From assembly GCF_009914755.1 (NCBI RefSeq), contig NC_060934.1: a stretch of 64,000 nt of DNA. One strand, written 5' to 3'. Each line of letters starts with the position of its first letter. Positions within the stretch are counted from its first letter, which is position 1. Source of the stretch: the human T2T-CHM13v2.0 reference genome, Homo sapiens. The position numbers and the translations under genes were made by a program. Below the pieces are notes generated by a model. That model was given only the letters and a program-made list of their open reading frames with translations, searched no databases and was not told the DNA's origin. This document shows positions 54,530 to 64,000 of the stretch, one piece after another.

Positions 54530-55065
54530 AATTAAAAGCAGAAACTAAAACATGTTTTTGAAGCAATGTTAGTATTCATGATAACCTTATTCATAATAAT
54601 TTTATTCACAATAATCAAAAGGTGAAAATGCAAGTGAGCATCAGCAAATGAAAGGATAAACAGAGTTTTGTGTCTACACACAAAGGGACATTATTTAGTT
54701 TTAAAAAGGAAGGAAATTCAGATACGTGCAATAATATGGTTGAACCTTGAGGACATTTTACTAAGCTACATAAGCCAGACACAAAAGGACAAACACTGTA
54801 TGACTCCAACTATGTGAGGTGCCTAGAATAATTAAATGCAAAGACAGGAAGTAGAATGGTGGTTGCCAGAGGATGAAATAAGGGGGAAATGGGAAATTGT
54901 TGTTTAGTCAGTAGAGTTTTAGTTTGGGATGATTAAAATTGTAGTATACGTATACTGGTGATGCTTGCTCAGTAAAGTGGATGGACTTAATGCCAATAAA
55001 CTATACGTTTCAAAATGGTTAAATGATGAATTGTATATTATATATATTTTACCACACTAAAGAAA
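54530..55065 (+). mobile_element. L1MB-type 3' end
   Basis: aagccagacacaaaaggacaaacactgtatgactcc…aaatggttaaatgatgaattg. Confidence 0.85.
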
Positions 55066-55954
55066 AGGTTTAATGACAAGTGACAAAGCCAAGATACATT
55101 GAAGATCTACACCCATTTCCTTCTTTCCTAGGCCCTGGAGAAATGCAGAGATGCAGGTTTAATGAAGTCCATCAGGGTGTCCAGTTTCAATCACTAACTG
55201 TTGGAACTGATCCTCAGACAAGCCAGGACTCAAGTACAAGCCCATCTACAACCAGATGAGCCCTTAGGGCCACTGGGGCCATTTCTGACTTTGTGCTCTT
55301 CACACACTTCCTTACATTAGAATAATGTAATTGTTCAGTATGTTGTGCTTTAATTTTTTAAGAGAATGTCAAAGGCTAGCCATGACACTGTTATGTGTAT
55401 TTCTTTTAATTTAACTTTTCCATAAATATTAAATAATGTAATTGTTCAGAATTAGTATCAGAATTGTTTCATAAATATTAAATAAGTTAATTGTTCAGAA
55501 TTAGAATTAAATAATGTAATTTAGGTCTCCAAAACTTTTTTAATTTTCAATATTTTTAACTTTTATTTTAAGTTGAGGGGTGCACGTGCAGGTTTTTTAT
55601 AAAGGTAAACTCATGCCATGGGGGTTTGTTCTACAGCTTATTTTGTTACCCAGATATTAAGCTTAGTACTCATTAGTTATTTTCAACATCCTCTCCCTTG
55701 TCCCAATTTTGATAAATTGGTAAAGGCAACAGCCTGAATAGAGGTGCATTCAAAAAAGTGTAGGAAGAGAAGAATGATACAGAAGTGTAGAAAGTATTCA
55801 AAGAATGGGTTATAAATACACCTGACAATTGAGATGACAATTTTCTTTGAGATGGCAGAAAAAACAGCATGCCTATATGCTCTTAGGAAGAATCTAGTAG
55901 AAAGAGAAAAACTGATGATGCAGGAGAGAGAGGATCAGAATTGCTGAATCATGT

Positions 55955-56510
55955 TTGCATTCATTTCCTATTTCTGCTGTAAAAAAATATCACAAATGTT
56001 GTGGCCTGAAACACCATAATTAATTTTCTCACAGTTCATCAATTATGAAACATCATAATTTTCTCAAATTCCAATGAATTTGGAATCAGAATTCCAAAAT
56101 CTGGTTCAACAGGCTAAAGTCAGGGTGTCCACAAGGTTGTATTTCTTCTTGAGGGTCTAGGGGAAAATGCTATTCTGGGCCATTCCAGGTTCCAGAGAAT
56201 GTGTTCCTTGGCTCATGGCACTTATTCTATCTTGAAAGCCAACTACATGGCATCTTAGGATCTCTGTCCTATGCGTCTTTCCTTACACGTCGTCTTTGAT
56301 TGTGGCCCTCCTGGGTGCCACTTGTAAGGATTTTGAGATGACATTGCCTATCCAGATGATTCAGGAAACGCTTCTATCTTAGGATCCTTAACATAATCAC
56401 ATCTGCAAAGTTTGTTTTGCCAGGTAAGGTAACATAGTCACAGCTTCCAAAGATAAAGGCATGAGTTATTGGCAGGGCAGGGGGAGGGAGCAGTATTGAG
56501 CCTACTGTAC
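55955..56510. mobile_element. MLT1 (MaLR) LTR
   Basis: ttctcacagtt…cagggtgtcc…aatcacatctgcaaag…aaggtaacatagtcacag. Confidence 0.75.
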
Positions 56511-56974
56511 TAGCTTTGTGGAGAACTTGAAGCAAGTAAGCCTTAATTTTCTAGCCTTGCTAATAGAAAGTACTATATCACCAGCCACTAGGTCCTGAAA
56601 AATCTAGATTTCATCTCAGATATAATGAAATAAAAACCTGTTCCTTAGCTCTGATATCATTTATACCCTATCATATGTCCCCTTCTAGTCATAGTCCCTT
56701 TATTCCCTTAGTTTACCATTTCTCCCAGGATTTGTGAATATCTTTTTTCACTGTACATGCAGAGAACTCCAGCATTGCTGTTCTTTACATTCTCAACAAC
56801 TGAAAGTTTCTACTCATACTTAGATTATACTTCAGGCAACTACTTCTATGCTATAACTTATACAGACAAAGAAGTACTTATAACTGCTCTATGAACCTTT
56901 AACTTTAACACACTTCATACTAATGAAGCCTCTTACGCTTCGATTTTCACTACACATCAGTTCATCAAGTTCTT

Positions 56975-57072
56975 AATTCATTAAGGGTTTCGGTCATTGG
57001 GTCTCTCATGTTTCCTCTTTCCAAATTCATTAAGGGTTTCGGTCATTGGGTCTCTCGTGTTTCCTCTTTCCA
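56975..57072. repeat. 49-bp tandem duplication (1 mismatch)
   Basis: aattcattaagggtttcggtcattgggtctctc(a/g)tgtttcctctttcca occurs twice. Confidence 0.95.
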
Positions 57073-58159
57073 TTCTTTCAATCTCCACACAAGTTTACAT
57101 ATTCAGATTTGCTTACATAATAAAGTAAATTGAAATCCTCAGACTACACTCATTCTCTCTAAATTTCTCCTTTAGGTTTTCTGCTGGTTGGGGTCTCTTG
57201 TCCTTGTACCTATTGATCTGTGCTTATAGCAAACAAACTGGATCAATCTGCTTATAGCCAGAACAAATTGCCCTGATTGTATTTTTGTAGATCATCTAGC
57301 CAAAAGCTAAAATCCTACACCAGAGATTCTTATTCATTTGATCTGTAGAAAAGTTTAGGTATCACTATGTTTCCTTTATTTTGTTTTTGGATTTGTATAA
57401 AATTAAAGTTTACAAGTGCAGTTTGCTACATAGATATATTGCACAGTGGTGAGGTCTGGGCTTTTAGTGTAGCTATCACCTGAATAATGTCCATTGTACT
57501 TACCCAAAAATTTCCCAGCCTCCCAGCCTTCTGAGTCTCCACCAGTGGAAGACGGAGGATCCAGTGGGCAGATATCAAGTGCCTATAGGTGTGCCTAGGC
57601 ATGGAGTTGGGAAACCTCTGCTCTTTGATGAATTTTAAAGAGGTTATTTGGGTTTTGTTGTAATTATTGTTGTTGGGTTGAGTTCCTTATAAATTCTGGA
57701 TATCAGTCCCCTGTTAGATTCACAATTTGCAATTATTTTCCCCCATTGTATAGGTTGTCTGTTCTCTGTTGATTTTATTTTATTTTTTTTGCCTTTACAG
57801 AAGCTTATTGGTTTAATTAAGTCATATGCGTCTCTTCCTATTCTCTCATTTGTGTTTTTGAAATCTTAGTCTGAGTTCCTTGCCAGGACCTACTTAAGAA
57901 TTTTTTGCCCCAATAAGTTTTCCTTAGATTTTCTTCTAGCACTTGATAGTCTCAGGTCTTACATTTAAGACTGATTTATTTCCAGTTGTTTTAAAAGCTT
58001 GCAAAGCTATTTTGAGGCATAAGCAAGGTTGCAAATGTCTAACTTTTTGAAAATATCAATTTTTCATTATGGTTTAGGGGTTAGGATTGTATTATCACCA
58101 ACATGCATTTTATGAGAAAAGCTTTGCTAAGGTCACTCATGTTTATTTCCTTGCCCTTG

Positions 58160-58482
58160 GCATGAGCTACAGTGGGAAGAGTGCTGCAACCCAGCCCTAG
58201 CCAACACCGCATGAGAGGGACTGTGCTGCAGGCTTCTGAGAAGGTATCTCTCACATCTAGAAAGAAGCTTTTAAGATGTGGCAGCCCCTCTTCTTAAAGT
58301 GGCTCTTGTCCTGTTGCCCTGGGAGTTCTAAAATTGCTGCAGCAGCCTCCACCCAGCCTGAGGATGACATCAATACATAGAGGAAGAAGAGTCAGGAAAA
58401 GATGAGAGAAGTTACAGACTCTCTTGGGCGACCCCGAGAGCTTACCATTCCTCAGACTTCTTCACATGGTGCTAACAGATTT
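58160..58482 (+). other. MaLR(MLT1)-derived upstream first exon of AKR1C1/AKR1C2-type long transcripts; uORF with premature stop
   Basis: Translates MWQPLFLKWLLSCCPGSSKIAAAASTQPEDDINT*RKKSQEKMREVTDSLGRPRELTIPQTSSHGANRF, then GT. I recall this peptide (with Q at the stop) as the N-terminal extension of an AKR1C2 splice variant that joins VPKSK… (exon 2). The 5' boundary is approximate. Confidence 0.75.
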
Positions 58483-58487
58483 GTATA

Positions 58488-59264
58488 TGTAATGAGACAG
58501 TTTCCTGATTCCCCTTGGAGGACTTGCGAGGGGTGTGGCTCACCGGTTCAAACTGCTTGAGGGAGGGGGAGCATGGAGATGGGCAGGTGCACAGGCCAGG
58601 GCGAGCGCTTTGGGCTCTGGCTCCATGGTAGTGTCTAGTGGTGGGTGCCTGCAACCACAGTGTTGTAAAGCTCTTTCAGCTTTGCCATCTGCAGACGGCT
58701 TGAGTCTGCAGCTCCATGGACCCTCTGACTTATCTCAAAGGCAGAGGGCCAGTGTGACAGCTTTCTATATCCCAAGCTCTTGCCAGGCATCCCAGAAGAG
58801 TCAGATCACATGTGGGCTCAAAGGATGAGGGCAAGATTTTATTGAGTGGTGGAGGCAGCTCTCAGCAAGATGGATGGGGAGCCGGAATGGGGGAATGAGT
58901 AGGAAGGTGATCTTTCCTTGGAGTCAGGCTGCCCAGTGGCCGGACTCTTCTCCAATCCTCCTAGGCCAAATTCCTTTCAGTGTCCAATGTCCCTCCTCTT
59001 CTCTCTTTCTGTGTGTCATTGTTCTGCCGTCCATCTGGTTGCCTCCTTGTCTCTTCACCTGCTGGTCTGCCCAGGAACTTAGGTTTTGGGGGTTTTTATA
59101 GCAGCAGAATGGAGGTGTGGTGGGCCAAAAGGCAAATTTTCGGGGCATGAAAACTGAAATGCCTGTTCTCATTTAGGGGCACGGCTATCCAGGCTTGAAG
59201 GTGAGGCCTTTGCTGGGAAACCACCCTCTTCTACCCAGTATTTCCCTGTCTCCTGTCCATATCA
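58488..59264 (-). mobile_element. ERV1 solo LTR (LTR1 family)
   Basis: The minus strand starts tgatatggacaggagacagggaaatactgggtagaagaggg and ends …ctcattaca. Confidence 0.85.
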
Positions 59265-59399
59265 CATGGAGTTTAAACCATTCAGAAATAGGTTTTTCTC
59301 ACCTGGTTTTATGCTAACCAAAACAACTATAATATTAATACTTTTCTCTTTACAACCTCCCCTGCTTGTTGACCTATCCAGGAGTGGTCGCAAGGTGTG

Positions 59400-59420
59400 C
59401 AAGCTGCTGAGTCACCCTGA
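59400..59420 (-). promoter_or_regulatory. NRF2 antioxidant response element (AKR1C-type)
   Basis: The minus strand reads TCAGGGTGACTCAGCAGCTTG with a perfect GTGACTCAGCA core. It matches the AKR1C upstream ARE sequence as I recall it. Confidence 0.75.
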
Positions 59421-60329
59421 CTGCATCAACCCGAGTAGATTGTAGGGGTGAACAATAGTATCGAGAAATAGTAAAATAGCAAACAGTGCAGACAAGGCAG
59501 ACGTCTCAAAAAGTGCTCAGTGGAATTGTCACTCATCCAGAGTCAACATTGGTGACACAGTTGTTTCTTCAAACAGAGTTCCCTCTATGAAAAAACTGAG
59601 CAAGGTGGAATTTACTTTAAATTTCATGGGTTGTGAAATTTCAACTAATGTCATAATTAAAACTTCCTACATATTGCCTTAGGCACCTCTGTCTTTTCCC
59701 CAAACTTTTCTCCAGGGCATCAGCAGCACCTCAGCCTCTTCCACAGCCTCCCAGCTCTTCCTTTTTCCTCCTGCACGGCTTTTGGCATCCCACCATTTTC
59801 CACAGCAATGCAGGCTAACTGTGAGCTTCCACAGCCTCTCACAGACATGACTTCACCCACAAGCCTCTGTGAGGCTCAAGTGTACCCCTTTTTGTTCACA
59901 TAGAACCTCTTCACCCCAGAGAATTGAGTCAACCAAACAGGAAATCTCAGGACAAACAGTGCTGGCAAACATCATTTTGTTTAAAGTATCATATCAATAT
60001 ATATTTGTTGAGAAAATATTCGGAGTTCTTTGCAAACTGTAACACTTGTTCAGAAAAAATAGTGAGAAGAAATTAGGATCATTTATTTACTTGAGGCACA
60101 TGAGTGTTCTCTATGTATGACTCAAGGACATCCCACTTCTGTCCTCCCTGATCTTCCATCTTCCATCTGCTTTCCATCCTCTTCCCATCTCCCTTTCCTC
60201 ATATTCCTCTCCCTCTCCCTCACCTGTAGGACTGAGAATTCCTGTGGTCTCCTGAGATCAGTTTCTTTCCACCACATTGTAAACAAGCTGTGGAAAGTTT
60301 TAGTTCTTAGCGACTCCACGACCCACACT

Positions 60330-61190
60330 AGTCAGGCAGAAGCCCCCATGTACAAGGTACCCCTTGAGCCTTGGCAAGGTGCATGACACACACTTGGTCA
60401 CTGGAGGAAATGATGAGTAGAGAGTGACAAATAGAAGAGGGGAACTTTAAGCTTGAGCCCTCTGGAGTGTAAGAGTGGTTGAGGCTTGGCACTTGCCACC
60501 TAGATTTCAGACAATGTGTCAGGAATCCTGGATACCCAGAGAGAATCCTGTTCCAGGGCCGGATCCCCAACATAAAGCTTTTATTTAGGCAATGTTGAGC
60601 ACTAATATGTGGTTGGAGCTCTGCAGGGGGTCTCCATGGGTGCACTGTGTAGCAAAGCTGTGGGAGAAAGGCCTTACCCCTCAAAATTCCAGAATTATAA
60701 ATCTACCAGGCGCTAACAACTTCAGCCTGGAAAAGCCATGGGCATTAAACTCCAAACTGTGAGAGCAGCCATGTGGGCTGCACCCTGCAAAGCCACAGGT
60801 ACAGTGCTTCCCAAAGCCCCCAGAAGCCTACCCCTGTCACCAGTGTGCCCAGAATGAAGAATATAGAGTCAAGGAAGATGATTTTGCAGCTTTAAGGTTT
60901 AATTTCTGCCCTGTCGGCTTTATGACTTGCATGAAGCCTCTTCCTCTTCTCTTTAAGCTGACATTTCCCTTTTGAAATGAGATTGTTCAACCACTGCCTA
61001 TAAAACCATTGTAATTTGGAAGGAAATAACTTGGTTTTTGATTTCACAGGCTCATAGCTGGTAGAAATTTTTCTTGGATCTCAGATAAATCTTTGCATTT
61101 TAGACATTTAAGTTGATTCTAAACCTGATAAGGCTTTAGAGACTCTTGAGGTAAACTGATTGGATTTTGTATGTAAGAAAGACCTGAAAT
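60330..61190 (+). mobile_element. MaLR internal-region fragment
   Basis: Similar to the MST-int at 47600-48340 (ccacctagatttcag…; gattttgcagctttaag; gatttcacaggctcatag). Confidence 0.7.
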
Positions 61191-61756
61191 TTATGTCTGC
61201 AGCTTTTTCTCCTTTATATCCTCAACTAACAATATTTTGGGGTTTCTATGATTCTTTGCTAAAATTTGGATTCCCGTTTCAATTTCTCTTGTGCATAATC
61301 TGTAATTATTTTCTCTGTAGTTACCATTGGAATGACATACTGCATCCTATAGTTATACCATCCACTTTGAAATCAATGTGAATTTAACTTCAATTCCATA
61401 CAAAAACTTCTTTTCCACAGGTACCTTTCTGCTTCACATTATTGATGTCACTAATTGCAACTTTATACATGGTGTACATGTTAACAGAAAGGTATTCTTA
61501 TTGTAATGTAAATCTTGAAGAAAATGAGAGTAAAAAACAAATTTCACAAATACATGTTTCCACGTTTTTCATACACCTACCTTTACGAGAGGTCTTTATA
61601 CCTCTATATGACTTCACGTTGCTGTCTAAACTTCTTTCATTTCAAAGTGAATGACTCTCTTAAGCATTTCTTGTAGAGCAGTTCTAATGGCAATGAACTC
61701 CTGCAGCTTCTACATCACATAGTCTTACTAACTTTGTAATTTTTAAGAAATAATTT

Positions 61757-62071
<315 letters not shown>

Positions 62072-62234
62072 TTATTGGCTGTAATTTTTTTTAATTGATC
62101 ACATTAAATGTATCACTTACTATATCCTCCAAAGACTCTCGTAAGAAATCTGTGGATCACCTTGTTCAGGATCCCTTGTACCCCATGATTCTTGTTTCTC
62201 TTCCTACTTTTTGTTTTGTTTTGTTTTGTTTTTT

Positions 62235-62965
62235 ATTTATTTATTTATTTATTTTTAATTTTATTATTATTATACTTTAAGTTTTAGGGTACATGTGCAC
62301 AATGTGCAGGTTTGTTACATATGTATACATGTGCCATGTTGGTGTGCTGCACCCATTAACTCGTCATTTAGCATTAGGTATATCTCCTAATGCTATCCCT
62401 CCCCCCTCCCCCCACACCACAACAGGCCCCGGTGTGTGATGTTCCCCTTCCTGTGTCCATGTGTTCTCATTGTTCAATTCCCACTATGAGTGAGAACATG
62501 TGGTGTTTGGTTTTTTTTGTCCTTGCGATAGTTTGCTGAAAATGATGGTTTCCAGTTTCATCCATGTCCCTACAAAGGACGTGAACTCATCATTTTTTAT
62601 GACTGCATAGTATTCCATGGTGTATATGTGCCACATTTTCTTAATCCAGTCTATCGTTGTTGGTCTTTTAGGTTGGTTCCAAGTCTTTGCTATTGTGAAT
62701 AGTGCTGCAATAAACATACGTGTGCATGTGTCTTTATAGCAGCATGATTTATAATCCTTTGGGTATATACCCAGTAATGGGATGGCTGGGTCAAATGGTA
62801 TTTCTAGTTCAAGATCCCTGAGGAATCACCACACTGACTTCCACAATGGTTGAACTAGTTAACAGTCCCACCAACAGTGTAAAAGTGTTCCTATTTCTCC
62901 ACATCCTCTCCAGCACCTGTTGTTTCTTGACTTTTTAATGATCGCCATTCTAACTGGTGTGAGAT
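62235..62965 (-). mobile_element. Young L1PA 3' end (antisense)
   Basis: attatactttaagttttagggtacatgtgcacaatgtgcagg…; ORF2 C-terminal peptides on the minus strand. Confidence 0.95.
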
Positions 62966-63228
62966 ATTTTTTTTTGGGAGGGGGGATTGAGTTTTGCTCT
63001 TGTTGCCCAAGCTGGAGTGCAATGGTGCAATCTCGACTCACTGCAACCTCCACCTCCTGGGTTCAAGCTATTTTCCGGGATTAGCCTCCTGAGTAGCTGG
63101 AATTACAGGTGTGCACCCCCATGCCTGGCTAATTTTTTGTATTTTTAGTAGAAATAGGGTTTCACCATGTTAGCCAGGCTGGTCTCGAACTCCTGACCTC
63201 AGGTGATCCGCCTGCCTCGGCTCCCAAA
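62966..63228 (-). mobile_element. Alu (antisense, lacking ~35 bp of its 5' end)
   Basis: gagttttgctcttgttgcccaagctgg…cctcggctcccaaa, after which Alu homology stops. Confidence 0.9.
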
Positions 63229-63854
63229 ATCTCTTGCTATTTAAAGATTATCTCTTTGTCTGGCTTTTAGAGTTGGATGATAACACATACAGATCTGGGT
63301 CTCTTAGAGTTTATACTATTTGCAGTTCTTTAAGTGGCCTGAATTTGTAGATTGTTGTCTTTAACCAATTTGAAAAAGTTTTGATGTTTTTATTCTCCAA
63401 ATAATCTGTCTACCACCATGGGTTTGCACTTCTCCTTCTGGGAATCCAATACTATCATACTGGTCGGCTTGAAGCTGTCCCATAAGTCCCTTAGGACCGG
63501 TTCACATTTCTTTATTCTTGTTTCGTGTCCTTAGACTCAGGAACTTCAAATGCGCTATCCCTATGTGTATTGATTATATCTTCATCCTGCTCAAAGTTGC
63601 TATTGAAACACCCTCTGGTGAGTTCTTCATTCAGGTACTTTTTTTGCTCCAATTTTTTCCTTTTTTATAATTTCTATATTACTACTGTATCGTGATTTTC
63701 TTATTGTTTTCAGATTTTCTGTAGTTCTTAGTCCATATTTTTCATTAGCAATTTTAGCATATTTAAGCAGCTGTTTAAATGCTTCTCTACTAATTTTAAT
63801 GCCTGTGATTCTTCAGGAAAGATTTCTACTAATTTATTTTCTTTCTCATAATGA

Positions 63855-64000
<146 letters not shown>

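Noticed and set aside
58140-58480. 7SK or other ncRNA pseudogene
   Set aside because: No match to 7SK; better explained as an MLT1-derived AKR1C upstream exon.

Overview
Primate (very likely human or great-ape) genomic DNA, mostly interspersed repeats: L1, Alu, ERV LTRs and internal regions, MaLR, L2 and DNA transposons. No intact protein-coding gene lies in the window. Three unique-sequence anchors point to the aldo-keto reductase AKR1C cluster (human 10p15.1). (i) A minus-strand AKR1C-type exon 1 at 36041-36130 ([30 protein letters not shown]) has a dead splice donor and is probably the AKR1C6P pseudogene. (ii) A plus-strand MaLR-derived upstream exon at ~58160-58482 is of the kind I recall from AKR1C2/AKR1C1 long transcripts. 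(iii) A canonical NRF2 antioxidant response element sits at 59400-59420. The 13-34 kb interval is a patchwork of local inverted and direct duplications, including an inverted paralog of the upstream promoter-exon. I found no new multi-gene system. The most novel-looking signals are mechanistic: an L1 whose 5' truncation point matches where the target overhang could anneal to its RNA, a composite inverted duplication, and LTRs placed at AKR1C promoter and splice sites. Locus and subfamily names come from recall, not from a database search.
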